Shown: positions 49,359 through 64,000 of the stretch, in pieces
Numbering within the stretch: the stretch's first letter is position 1
How the letters are laid out: each line of letters begins with the position of its first letter
From: Amoeboaphelidium protococcarum X5
Lineage: Eukaryota; Fungi; Aphelidiomycota
Direction: 5' to 3'
DNA: 64,000 nucleotides
Assembly (NCBI GenBank): GCA_023515725.1
Contig: JALDTO010000162.1
Location: 162,476-226,475, forward strand
Notes under the pieces: model-generated
Database searches by the model: none
Seen by the model: the letters and a program-made list of their open reading frames with translations, nothing else
What the model was told of the DNA's origin: nothing
Program-made: the position numbers and the translations under genes

Positions 49359-52223
49359 TCAAAAGTAAATAGTGTCGCGTTATATGAAGGCAGATTTAGC
49401 AACTTCTCTGCCAGTGTGTAGATAGACCTGCTTCAGCTTTAATTGCTTATCAGCAACTTGGTAGATTTCCAACATGTCTCGACCAAAGACGCAAAAATGA
49501 CAATCTACGCATATTATACGCTAAGCAACGCTATTCCACTGGCCAGATGTTAATACTCTGAATGGATTATTAGACTCAACCACCATGTACTAGTGTTGAT
49601 ACGTTAGAACAAAAGCAGACTCTTTGGCAATAGGGAACATTCCCAGCGGATGGACAAGGTCATCATCACTCTCTGATTAATGTTGAATAGATTAACTGTG
49701 CAATGTCTCCAAATCTATCAATTCATACCCTTGAACAGTGCCCACCAAAACGGAATCCTTACCATTAGGAGTCGGCATAAAATCGAATGATGTTGACTAT
49801 ATTGGTATCTCTAATCTTTGAAAGCATTCATAATTCTGTGACACTTGATCAGACTTAAGAATATTCCTCAGACTACCAAGACTAAAAGCCTGATTAGTAC
49901 CACTCTACATCCTTTTATACAATTTAATATAAGTATGCAATAGACCAGTTCTAACTACAGCCACAGCAATTTAGTCACGTATTAAGCCAATACAAAAGAA
50001 GCTACATTTATTAGTGATCACTTCAATAGATAGATCCAACTCAGAGTCATCCTGATGATCAGCAGAAGCCATAGCCTGATACAATGAATCCAATGTCAAA
50101 GTTAAGAGTTTATTTCCACTCAGCAGTAGAATAAGCTTCCAATCTTTAACGTGATATAGCTACGTTATATCAGTAAACTGAGTAAAGTTTAGGGTATCAC
50201 GTCCATCTGAGACTATAAATCCACCTTGATGCCCAAAAATAATCATCTGACGATAATTACTATCATTAGGAGACGGAATACAGACAGAGCATTATATCTC
50301 TTCTACATCATTGTGGATGTCATAGTCTTGTTGGATGCTTTAAATTTCAAATACATTTTACTTAAACTATTCACATTAAGAAAGTTATCTTTGAATGAAT
50401 TCAATCCACTTCTGGGCATCTAGTTCAGATCTCGCAGCAAACTTGAGTCTCTAGCTGTACCTACCATGTACCATCAATGCAAAGGATTTCCCTTCCTCTT
50501 CTTAATCATTACCATCGCTCTAGGACACCACATTGCCTTAGCTTATAGATCGCAACAAATCTCGTGTCCTCTATATTCCTTCACCAGCACCTGTACTCTT
50601 GCGTCGTCCAAATGCAGCTATAGATATCTTTAGTCCATCATCGGATACTTGCAATAGACTATTGGATCTCGAACGAAACTCCGCAGCTTCCAAAGCTTTC
50701 TCCTCAGAGATTACAGATAGAAGATATATCGGTGCAGGTCTATAACATATCACGTACTAACCATCTACAACGCGATAAACTAAAAGAGCATTATCTACTA
50801 GCAACAGAGATACTTCAGAATAAGAACCACCTTATCGCAGCGACATGCAACCATCTTTAAGTATCACTCTGTCGCCTGATTAGAGTTGAAGTATATCAGA
50901 ATAATCAGAAAATGAAGCAGACTCTTTCATAGCCTCTGATAATCTCTTCAACTTCATTTTTTATTCAGCCAATGCAAAACTTGTATCCATTTAAGTTAAA
51001 ACTTACTTTAAACGGGCAACAGAATTCTACAGCTACTCAACTTCCTCTTCGTCCTTATCACCGCACCTACGTAGTATAGAAGATAGGAGTAAAGGATATC
51101 TAGCAAGGCGAGTAGTTGGTCTGAGGAGAAAAGAGTTTAGGGACAATTTCCGACTCTTTGGCAGACGTTATATCCTGTTACAGAAGGAATCAAATGGGGG
51201 ATTGCTCAGCCTTTGTCTCCGCACAATATCCTGGGCAATACATACATTCTTACCATAAGCTAGATAATGCTCTCCGCATTCCATGCTAAATTTGCTGACG
51301 ATACAGCCCACAGATTTTATGAAATGACTTTTCTAATAAAGTGCATTCAACTGCTGGAGGAATCGCCCATTTACTAAACTTACCTATTCCAGATTTCCAA
51401 ACACATCCTTTATAAAATCATGACACTCTTCCTCCGCCATAACATCAGACTGCAATAGCTAAGTGATGTACAAGTCATTTATCAAGTGCAGATCAGCGAC
51501 GTACTCACACTCAGTCTTAATGAGTTCATATATCGCCTCTTGCCTGTTACGTTCATTCATAGACAATTAACGGAGCAGTGTTACATCCACCATAGAACTC
51601 CACGTATCATCCTGAGATATCTCACTTTATACGGGCGATGAGTAAGAGGCACTTCGGCAATGATAAGAGTAACATTAACAATGCGAATTATTATTCTAAT
51701 CATTGCATTTATCGCCATTGGTACTCTAAGAACACGATGGAGAATAGCATGGGGTGAGGGACATTATAACACCTTAAGAAAACGGGCTCTACTTCTTGAC
51801 AAAACTTTAACATGCAGGACCATCGACGTAGGATACTAAATCACCCTCACTACCATTCACACTCGTTTAAATCACCTGCTTATTACCATAATCACCATTA
51901 TCGCGACACTAAACAGTAGCAATCCGCTGCAGCCCATCATGACACTTTAAATTTACTCTAAAGTGATCATTCTTGTTGTTGACCTCTATAAGAAATCCCT
52001 CATTCAATAGCCATTGGTATATTCTCTGTGCTTAGCGGTTAATGCTGATCTTCTACTATTATATGTCATTCTGAGGTTCAATTAAGTGATGACTATTCTG
52101 ACTCAAGCTTTACGATAAAACTTTAATAATATACTCCTCACTTAAACCGTTCTCATCCTATAAATAAAATTTATACAGTTAATGGGCAAATAGAGACAAC
52201 CTCCAAAGAGATGTCTATGTCAT
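49359..52223 (-). CDS. Rom/Rgf/Tus1-family Rho GEF (DH-PH-CNH-like), 954 aa
   Basis: GVIMSLTPCYSPSC...CYSYHC (family signature), ERNRQEAIYELIKTECEYVADL, LNSFLLRPTTRLARYPLLL, CNH-like C-terminus. Confidence 0.85.
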
Positions 52224-52416
52224 CTTTTAACACTGGCGCGATTTTAATTCCATTAATTAGAATGAAACATCTCAAGACAAAGAAGGCGTATTAACGAAGT
52301 AAAGTATTCATCATCATGGAAAAATTATGTATACAGCGATGAAAGTAAAGTATTATCACAAAAGCGAATTGACGAATAAGAATAGAATGAGTCTGCATGG
52401 AGATGTAGTCAATTAT

Positions 52417-54582
52417 TCATTCAAAGCCAAATCCAACGTTACCTTCAGTGATAGAAGTGTAAAGGCGCTCTTTCAACTGCTCATACGTATCATATGCGGG
52501 AATATCCACCTGGTTGAAGCACGTATGCGCAGTTGGCAACCGGTCAGTCTTTCCAAAATCCTTGTGAATCTAAAACTTCTACTTGCCACCGATACCTTGC
52601 AGATTAGCGAAGCCTTCTAGTGGAACTTTTGACGTCCCAGTGGCAAACTGCAACAACTTGGCCCGCTCCTCCTGATCAAAACTTCTCACCACACGCCAGA
52701 ACCATTAAACTTGTGGTGACGATGCCGTATAGCCACCACGGTACTCTGTATTGTTCTTCCAGTCATCAATGTCAATATCAGGAATACCGCTGATGAGCAA
52801 CTCCAACTCCTTCTCAGAGAAGAATGCAATCAGTTCTTTAGGTATAATCTCTTGGAATCCTTCAAGGAATGACTTGATCTGATCTTGTATCATCTTGGTG
52901 AGTCTGTACTCAACAACTAATTTTACATACTCCATCTTATTAGCATCGGTGACCACTTCGTCTCTTCCATTGGGAATCAAATCAACAATCTTGGTCTGCC
53001 CAAACTCTTCATGTTCAGTGGAGAATGTCAGGTCCAGCACATCCTTGATTGGGTTGTTCAATATCCATACCAAGCTCTTGTGATACTCTGGATCAACAGC
53101 TTCCATATCACTGACATCGACATTCTTATTCAAAATGTGCTTATACACGGAGCGAGTGAAATAACAGTCAAGTAATCTGCCGTCATATATAGCCTTTCCA
53201 ATGATACGCCCAACAAACTTGAAGTATTATAAATGTGAAGGATTTACCCACGATGCCGGATTAGGTTAGTACGTGACTCCCATCTTCTCAGCAGATGGAG
53301 TGAACAGAGCATAATTCGGATTGAACATCTCCTTCGTCAACTCCTGATACCATTCACGCGTCACACCACCATAATCCGCACCTTCTTCATCATGGAAACG
53401 CACAGTCAACTTGGCGTGCCGTAACTCTGCTCCACTCTTGCTCTGCAACTGGTAATAAGAATCTTGGAATATATACTGTCTGCGAACGTTCACATGAATA
53501 GTCTTTGCCTTCTATCCGCCCTTCTTATGCAACTGCTAATTGAAGTAATTTCTCTTCGAGTCAAAATCCAGTATCTTTGGATTGTGTACGAGTAGAGAAA
53601 ACGAACCTCTTAACAGTTTTGGATTCTACCTAACCAGCTGATTTAATACCTTCCTGTTCTTCTCTGTAAACTGGAAAAAGAGTTCTTCACTCTCCGTCAC
53701 TTTTTAGGGAGAAATGGCGCCATTGCTAGCACTTTACGGGCGTGATAAAGTCACCTGTTGATCAATAGATTTGGATCGATACTTGACCGGGAGAGAGTAC
53801 TTGAGCATAACCATAAGGCATTCAATCAGAGGTAGTAGAGCTGCTGTGACAAATCCAAGTCCTTGATTAGACTAAATCACTCCCAGACTAGATTGCAAAT
53901 GTGTCCAAATATCCTTGTATCCACACTCTTAAAACTTGGCGGATATCATTTCTTAAGTTGCATCATTCACAGCAGCAGCAGTATCAGCACCATCATCCAA
54001 TTCATCAACAGATGGTGTTGGAGAATCACCAGATTGACCACCCCGGGCGCCTGCTAAAATTGCTGCGAATGACTTTTACTTGTCATCAGTCTTTACTTAC
54101 TGACTCCCCTTTTTCCTGGAATAAATGTAATCAACAGTCTTTAACAGTCGCAAGAATTTAGATTAATTACTACTATTTGGAGTAAATGAAGGTAGAATAC
54201 TTTGCTGCACCATCAATTCAAAAGAGTCCTAATCAAGTAAATCAGCTCCACGCTTCGTTAATGCATTACTCAGCGTGTCTTCAAGCATCACCAAATCCTT
54301 GCACACCAGTACACTCTGAGCATCCATAGCATTGAGGAGTTGAGTCAGTATAATACTCTTAACATTTGGCAGGAACGATAAATTCTCAATAATGATGAGC
54401 AAATTCTTGAGAGTCTTATTAGAGCAGTCACCCTGGTAAATTGGAGCAATCACATTTCTGAGATACTCAACAGGTATAAAATTCTGTTCATTCAATTTCA
54501 ACTTGGACGGAGTCTTTTGCTACTATTAAATGCTTTTTGAAGACGATGATGCCTTCTGCTGAGTGTTTTCCTCAACTTGCAT
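52417..54582 (-). CDS. TOM1: Tom1/HUWE1-type HECT E3 ligase, C-terminal portion only, 721 aa
   Basis: [77 protein letters not shown] (catalytic Cys), GFGFE*. An in-frame TGA lies just upstream of the ATG. Confidence 0.88.
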
Positions 54583-55197
54583 TCTCAATTTACCGGTATA
54601 ATATCACTGCAGTAGTATGTTTCTTGGTGCGGATTGACAAAGTTTAAAGGAAGGAAAGGTGAAATATTCACAAACTGGCATGAAGAACGGCAACGGCGTT
54701 GAATTGGATTGAAAGCGCGCGATGAAAATGTTTCAACTGATTTTCTGCTCATCATTTGACGAGAGAAGATTGAGACTTCTGTAAATGATCATTGCTGTTT
54801 TAATGCACACGCGTGCTTTGTCTGAGATGTTTCACTTTTAAGGAATTCTGCTAGTGAAATGAACTGCATTCTACAGTAAAGTACAAGTGCAGCCTTTCAT
54901 CACTGAATCAAGCGTCTGAAGGTCAACTCTGCTCTGATTGGACGTGGTGACAAATCGAATCGGAGGCGACAAAGTCTGATTGTGCTACTTGACGTGTCCC
55001 TCTGATTTGATGATACACTTACACAGAGATATTGTCTGCCTCCTGTTCACACCGATCCTAAGTCTTAATTTTTCTTTTGGGTATTTTGAGATCCTTTTTT
55101 CTACTATAGCTATCTTTGTCTTTTACATTGTTGACACTGTATCTATTTTAGAAATACCATCTGATCAATTTTTCAATTATAATAATATAATATCAAA

Positions 55198-56580
<1,383 letters not shown>

Positions 56581-56687
56581 AAATATTTATACAGACTTAA
56601 TCATTGTTCATACTTAATATGAAATTTTCTCTTCACCACGATTTAGTTTTTTTACACTCTCCATTAGTGTGAAAATCTCTTAATAGT

Positions 56688-57640
56688 ATGGCGTGCTCAA
56701 AGTATGAATATGTGAAAAAGTTTGAACTCTCAGATGCCATGCTGCCCAATACTTACATTGTGGTTAGAATAGATGGTAGAGGATTTAGTAGGTATGACTC
56801 TAATTGTAAAACATACGCGTCTGATATACAATGGAATCAATCAATCGTCCAATATATTGCTGTAGATTTACTAAGGAGCATAAATTTGAAAAGCCTAATG
56901 ATTTGAGAGGAATTTAGTTGATGAATAGCTGTGCTGAACGCGTTTTGAAGGATTTCAGTGATATAACACTGGCGTATGGACAGAGTGATGAGTATTCATT
57001 TTTATTATCACGATCCAGTAATTTATACCATAGACGTTCTTCGTAAGTTGTGATATTTAATGGTTTAGTTGATTCGATATCATGCAAATTTTAGTTTTGT
57101 AGAAAATTGGTGTCAACAATAGTTAGTCTATTCACTGCTACGTACGTGTTTGAATGGTCAAAGTATTTCCCGGATGTGGAATTGTAATATCCTCCATCCT
57201 TTGATAGCCGCGCTGTCTCTTACCCATCAGTCGATAATATTCGTGACTACTTTTCATGGCGACAAGTTGATTGTAAGTCTTTGAAAATATTCTCATATTG
57301 CCTATATAATCGCATTTTAATTTAAATTGAGAGTGTAGGTCATATTAACAATCTGTATAATACATGTTTCTGGAAATTGGTCAGTGTCGGGGGACTGTCT
57401 GAGCAAGCGGCAGAGGAGCAGTTACGTCCCACCAACTCTGCCATGAAGAATGAACTGTTATTCACTCAGTTTTAGTTGAATTACAACAGTCTGCCTGAAG
57501 TATATAAGAAAGGATCTGTGATATACCGCGCCAGAGTTGTTGATGAGATAACTAAGCGGACACGTAATTAAATAGTGATTGGCCATTTGGATATAATCAA
57601 GGATGAGTTTTGGCACTCAAATCCTAAGATATTAGACTGA
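56688..57640 (+). CDS. THG1: tRNA-His guanylyltransferase, 250 aa; introns 56792-56865, 57043-57102, 57273-57338
   Basis: [58 protein letters not shown]. Introns restore a 251-codon frame. Confidence 0.96.
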
Positions 57641-57942
57641 TGCTTTCAGAGTGTGGTAATAGTTGTTCTTGTAATTGTATCACGTATAATATTAGAATAG
57701 AACTTTTGTAAGTTTGATATTTTGTCTGTTTATTAGTTATTAGCTGTGAATCTATGATTTATTACACTTCTATAGTGCTTCATTGATACAGACGCACCTC
57801 ATAAGGATCGTTTCGCGTCGCGTTTTGTTTTAGCTTTTCCTCTGCACGCTTTACTCGTTGTATTTACTTGAACGGTGTTAGATAGTATACATTGTAATTA
57901 CAATCTGCGTTAGTGGATTAATTTTAAAAAAGAGATCTCAGT

Positions 57943-59040
57943 ATGTAAAACTTTTTCAAGCCACGTTCTGGTGTAGAATAAAAGCAGAAGCCAGTTCAGG
58001 ATGCAACGGCTACTGCAGTTGGCCCAGTGTATGATCGCAACTAACCATGGGTGGAAAAGTATCGTCCTCGCAACATTGATGAAGTGTCTAGCTAGGAAGA
58101 GGTGGTGAGTGTGCTCAAAAGTACTATAGAGTCCAAGAACTTGCCACATCTTTTGTTCTATGGCGCAGCGGGTACGGGTAAGACTTCCACCATTCTGGCT
58201 CTGTGTCGCCAAGTTTTTGGTCATGACTTCAAGTATCGCGTGTTGGAATTGAATGCTTCTGACGAGCGTGGTATTAACGTCATCCGTAAGAAGGTGAAGG
58301 ATTTTGCAAGGACCACGCTGCATTCTAGTGATCATAACACTGTGAAAGACTCAATGCCGCCGTACAAAATTGTAATCTTGGATGAGGCAGACTCAATGAC
58401 CACTGATGCTTAGAATGCCCTGCGCCGTACGATGGAGACTTACTCGAAGCAGACGCGGTTCTGTCTCATCTGTAATTATGTGAGTAGAATAATTGAACCT
58501 CTCGCCTCTAGATGTGCCAAGTTCCGATTTAAGCCTCTGGACTCTGTGAGTGCCACCAATCGGTTGAAGTATATCGCCGCAAAGGAGAATGTCTAGGTGG
58601 AAGACTCGGTATACAGTTGGCTAATTACTATGAGTGAGGGAGATTTGAGACGGGCGATAACTTTCATGCAGAGTGCATCTCGACTAGTTTTGAATTAACA
58701 GGATTAGCATGCCGTGCTGAAAGTCAGTCATTTCATAGATATTGTCGGTGCGTGTCCTCAGTAGTTGATCCAAGACTTTATGCATGCGTGCAAGAGTCAA
58801 GACTATGCTCAGATCTGTCATGTGGTGGAAGTATTAATTAGAGATGGATTCTCTGCCAACTAGTTTCTGGTGCAATTGCATGATCACATAATTCACGATG
58901 CTTCTCTATCAACTCGTCCAAAGTCTCTGATTATGCAAAAGTTGGCCATTGTTGAGTCGCGTTTAATCAATGGCGGAGATGAGACTATGTAACTCATGGA
59001 CTTGGCCTTACAGACATCCTCTTACCTGTCCCAACAGTGA
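57943..59040 (+). CDS. RFC2: Replication factor C small subunit (yeast Rfc2/human RFC4), 365 aa
   Basis: [39 protein letters not shown](TAG=Q)[14 protein letters not shown]. Confidence 0.96.
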
Positions 59041-59097
59041 TCGCATTGTGTCAATCAAACCGAAAGATTAAAAGTGAGAGATTCTATGTAAAATACG

Positions 59098-59943
59098 TCA
59101 ATTCTATTTGAGTTCAGTCTATGCTTATGATTTATCTCGATGAGTATCATCATTTAATGGCGCGTTATATTTTAGAGCATACTAAGAAAATGGCTCATAC
59201 TTTGACTTGAAAGTTAATGGCTGATCTCTAATCAACACCGAATCAGCCCATTGAATTGAATAATATATGAAACCAGATAGCAGTCCAAGCAGTGAGCACC
59301 TAACTGTATCCCTTCGCCCAAATCTGCGATATATCGCGAATGATGTTGTCAACAAACTCCCAGCCAAAGGACTATTATACACGGGCACGAGAGCATAATC
59401 ACCGCTCATATCTACGTTTTGAACAGCTGGACCGGAGCTAAAATTCATACCGCCACTCTTATATAATTAATCCAGAAGTACATCTGCTGCTACAAAAGCT
59501 GAGCATAATCCACCCAATTTGAGCGCAAATTTCATCCCATTCTTCATACCTGCGTATCCCATCACGTAGTACTTCTTCCTAAAGTACGTGTACCATTCTT
59601 TCTTGTTCTTGGTGCTCATTATAGTACTCGGAATCTCCATCGCAGATTACTAATGATGATGATGATGATGATAGTTCTACCCACCAACGCGTCCATCGAT
59701 ACTCTGACCACCACTATTAACGTTTCCTCTCTGCCACCTTCTCTATGCAAGCTGGCTTTGAATCGCCTAATCATTGGCCACTTGAGTATTCTCTGCAGTG
59801 TAAATCAGACCAGCCTCGCGTACTCCAATACCCGCACCAATGATGAACGTTCCCAGCATTCCCTGCAGAGTCAGCATTTTCCAATACGCAAATTCATTCA
59901 TCGTCTGCAAGTGCTTTAATCTATCTTGGACTTCATCCAACAT
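59098..59943 (-). CDS. Tim17/22-like membrane protein of an uncharacterised fungal type, 281 aa
   Basis: GLIYTAEN, EWYTYFRKKYYVMGYAGMKNGMKF, Gly-rich TM segments. Confidence 0.55.
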
Positions 59944-60173
59944 TATTAATTTGTAAATTTTTATTTATTTAGATCAACTACAGGTAGATCTATCTACTCA
60001 CTAGAAAGATCAATAAACGACAGCAATTGAAGAACTTTAGAAATTCTTGTCGCTTCTCTTCTTTCTTCAGCTCTTCATCACCAGAACTAACGTTAAGTCA
60101 ACCTTGTAATTTTTATTCATTGAGCAATATCTAATTTTATTAAAAGTATAATAATTTAGAATTAGTAATAAAT

Positions 60174-61859
60174 ATGGATGGCTGGTAGTAACATGAAGAG
60201 AATGGAGATGATCCGTTGAATGAAGCATTTCTGACAGCCTCAGCTCTGAACAGTGCCTAGTAATAGTAATAGAATCACTTTGATGAAGAGGAGATTAATC
60301 CATTTGCGTCTCATTATGAATAGTTATCTCCTCCTATTGCTTCACCGTCTGCAGGATAAGGTTATACTTTACAGAACGAACCAGAGACATTTAATAGATA
60401 GCTACCAGGTGCTGCCAGTGAAGATGAAGTTGGTGATAATACACTTGCTGCTTGTGGTAATAATGATCCTTTGTAAGATGTCCAGATTGATGAAGACAAG
60501 GCTAGTGCCAATACAGCAGCGTCATCTTAGAATGCAGCTTATAATGTATAAAAGCAACAATAATAAAAATCACCTGTAAAATAAAAGGCTAAGGCGGAGT
60601 TTAGACGAGCCGCAGCTAGTTCTTAGCGCTCTGGTAAAGTGCAATTGAGTAACCCTGAAAAGTGTGGAGATGGTCTCAATAGCTATATCTCATACACTGT
60701 AACTTCGCCGTATGGTGCTGTGAAGAGACGCTATGGCGATTTTAATGCTTTATATGGTGTATTGAGAGAGCGGTATCCATAGTATGTCATACCTCCGCTT
60801 CCATCCAAGTAGAGACTTGAGTACTTGGACAGATTCAGTGAGGAGTTTATTGAGAAGCGGCGCGTGTCTCTGCAGAGATTTCTGTGTAGATTACTTGAGC
60901 ATACCATGCTGGGTAGTAGTGATGGTGTGAAGAAGTTTCTCTCTTTGGATCACTTTGATTCAGCCGCTTTAATGAGCAAAAGCGGTGGTGTTGGTGGTGA
61001 GGAAAAGAGCAAGATTATGGACAATGTATCTGACTATTTTGTCAATGCATTCGCCAAAGTCAAGAAGCCTGAAGATTAATTTCTGAATATGCACAAGGAT
61101 ATTGATATTTTCACTGATGGTGTGTCATCGTTGGATAAGGTGGTCACCAAGTTGATTAAAGTGCAAACTGAACTGTCTGAAGATTATGGTTCTTTTGCCA
61201 CGGCAATGTTAGAATTTGGTGATGATAATGTTCCAGTTGAGTGTGCGGGTAATTAGTTGAAATCCTACTGCAAAGAGTCTTCTGTTATGGCATCGTAGCT
61301 GCAGAATGAAATTCACTTACTCTCCTCTGAACAAGAGCTGAATGTCGAGTTGGTATTGAAAGATTAAATTGGGTTCGGTGAGAGTATTAAAGATGTTTTG
61401 AAAGTTCGTGATTAGAAGCAGATTGAATTTGAGAGTCTTAGTGATTATCTGGCAGAGTTGCGCGCAGAAAAGAGTAGATTATCTGGCTACAGTGGCGGCA
61501 GTAGTGGAGCGTCAGGTATCAGAAGCAGTGCCAGTGCTGGGGCAATTTCGAAATTTCTCAAGGACAAGGTTGAAGAGATGAAGGGAGCCACTCCGGCTCA
61601 GATTAAAGCGGAGCGATTGGTGAAAGTTGAGGCCAAGATTGGCGAACTGGAGAAGGCTGTCGACGTGGCCAACACTTAATCTTTGCAATTTAATAAGGAG
61701 GTGATTACAGAATTCCAAAAGTATTACGGCTAGGATGGTGTGCGTGCAAAAGAGTTGCAAACGATGCTCAAAGACTTGGTTCGGGCGAATCTGCAGGCTT
61801 GCCGAAATGCTCAGGCTGCATCTCAGTAACTGTTGGAATCTTTGTAATTGAAATAATGA
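60174..61859 (+). CDS. SNX4: Sorting nexin Snx4/Atg24 (PX-BAR), 561 aa
   Basis: SYISYTV, VKRRYGDF, IPPLPSKQRLEYLDRFSEEFIEKRR, NAFAKVKKP, RDQKQIEFESLSDYL. Confidence 0.9.
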
Positions 61860-62219
61860 ATATATATCACTATCTATTATCATGTTAAACCTGAATGGAG
61901 GCACTTTAGTATTACGCAACATTTTATCTGTTTAATCTCGTCGTAACGAGAGAATTTTCAGCGTCGCATTAATATGCTTGGACCATGCGTCGGTCTCCTC
62001 TAAAAAGTTTCAGAACCAAAGCGTTCAGTTAGAATGAATACGCGTCTCAGAAACGGTTTTGGTAAAACGCTTCTCCTTTCACTGCTGCAGCGACTGACTA
62101 ACTGACCCTTCTTCCGCGTACCGTGCTGCTTTTGTTTCAATTGCACTACTGTTGTGCTCCTTTAAACTACCCTAAAGTCGTGTATTTCAGGAATTAATTT
62201 TTAAAAGTACATCAAGTCA

Positions 62220-64000
62220 ATGTTTAGTGGATTTAGTATTTACAGAAATAAAGTCAAAAGTGGAGGTTAATCTGGGCTATCTCAGCAGCCGTCTTTTGAT
62301 ACCTTGTCGCCCAGTCAAGGATAGCTTTTACAGCTTGGACTGGAGTCTTTTGACAGTGTATTTAATGTAAGTTAACATCTCTTACCGTATTCCCATTAGA
62401 TTAAATGTCATTGCAAAAGGTGATGTAGAATGTCTTGGGAAAGTATTCATAAGATGTGGCATAGTCTGTACTGGCCTACTTGGCGACTGAAGACGCAGAG
62501 TCAACGGACGTTCACACGGCGATTGTTTCAAGCGACGCTCTGCTCATTCGGGACATTGTGAGCCGCTTGGATCAACTGCAGTTCAAGTCTATTCCCCTGG
62601 ATGAAAGTAATTGTGGGAATATGAAGAGTGTATTGAAAAGTCTTGGATAATAATTGATATCTGTCAATGCTAATATTTCATCCATTGACGATTTGTTATA
62701 GCATTAGGTGTCTTGCGAGTAGAAGTTGGTTATCATCTTGAGTAATGTTGAGTCAATGTAGACCGTGGTGTTGGAGCGCGTTATTTACATTATACACAAG
62801 CTGAAGTAATCTTTTGGGCTGAATTTGATTATTGGCTGTGATTTGACTTTATCGTTTACCACTCTGGTATCTCACTCAGTTTTTAGTCTTATACAGGTGG
62901 AGACTTTTAGTTTGTCGTCCAAAGGTGAACTTGTTGACGAGATTATGCAAGAATTATGGTCATGTACTTGTGATCCTTAACGTGGTCTTGATGGACTTGT
63001 CAATTTGTCTCATGATTCTCTAAAGTTTATCGTGGACACATCCAGATAGAGTCTTCTTCCAGTTGAAAAGCTTCATAAATTGTTGCAGTATACTTTAATG
63101 TCTCAGAGTTGTAGTGGTTGTAATTTGACTCTATTTGACACCTCTGAAATGGATCAAAAATCTATCGCATAGAATTTGCCTCTTGATAGAATTAGAATGT
63201 CTGTATAGTTTCGAGAAATGATTAGTTAAATGGTCAGCGATAGATCTACTATCACTCTGGCAGATTCTTTGCTACATGACGATGATTAGCTAAAGGAATT
63301 TCTTTCAAATTAAATGAGCTAGTTTCGACCTGTAAGAACCAATTTCTGTGCAACTGTACTGTTGCTCTTCTAGTTGCGCTCTCTCTTTGAAGAGAATGCA
63401 GCAATACAATAGTGCCCTGTATAATTTGCTGATTTTCTAGTGGAAGCTGTGTCCCCTGGATACATTTAAAGCAGTACATTCAATTAGTTGGTATCATTAG
63501 TTAAATATCTCACTGGCGAAAAGCTGATCAAGTTTTGTCATGCTGTCGTGTGTTTATCGGATAGAATTGCTGGATTCGATAACAATCTGTGTGAATAAGC
63601 AAATGCTTTACTATAGTGTAATGTTGATTAAATGACAAATTAGTCCTAATAGTTTATATCAACAGTGTAGCTCTTATGGAAGTAGTCAATCATATAAATA
63701 AGGTAGAACTGGTTGTATCATTTGTCCGTCTTTGATAATGTGCAACTTCTATAATAAACATTCAATCCACAGTATAGAAAACATTTACACGTGGCAATGC
63801 TCCATCCAAGAGGGTACTTGTATCCAGAAGGCGACAGAGTTGGTGTAGAAGACTGGTACGCGGCATACAAAATCTACCTGGAAAGTGGTAAACTTATCAA
63901 CTTACATGACTGGTACGTATCTTTTGCAACAATGGTGGGCAACAATGACTCTGTGGAAACATGCAATGTCAACAAGCATCTCTATGCTAGATTTCTAAGA
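62220..64000 (+). CDS. ORC3: Origin recognition complex subunit 3 (runs off window end); intron 62367-62428 (alternative acceptor 62419)
   Basis: VIILSNVESMQTVVLERVIYI...LNLIIG and C-terminal winged-helix motif YKIYLESGKLINLHDWYVSF...LYARFLR. Confidence 0.8.

Overview
Gene-dense eukaryotic DNA with fungal-like genes and a non-standard nuclear code. TAA and TAG are read as Gln and only TGA terminates (translation table 6 type), so the supplied ORF track is fragmented and misleading. Re-read by hand with TAR=Gln, the window gives about 30 protein genes, one tRNA-His and 10 short introns, 9 unambiguously and 1 by preferred choice ending in TGTAG. Fungal-type genes plus TAR=Gln point to an aphelid such as Amoeboaphelidium protococcarum (inference). 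Housekeeping genes: UTP22/NOL6 (apparently in two ORFs), SEC1, SERINC/TMS1, TAF5, PAT1, a RapGAP, FAD synthase, EFG1, MAK21, thioredoxin, a Rom/Rgf-type RhoGEF, a Tom1/HUWE1-like HECT ligase (C-terminal part only), a CAMK-group kinase, THG1, RFC2, SNX4 and ORC3. Accessory or parasitism candidates: a Crinkler-type REase-kinase gene with a dead nuclease site and a frameshift, a disrupted F-box-like gene, a tandem family of three secreted helical proteins with a gene-conversion tract, a disrupted Fic gene, and a secreted His-brace (LPMO-like) protein I cannot place in a characterised family. All family calls are from motif recognition by eye; no database searches were run.
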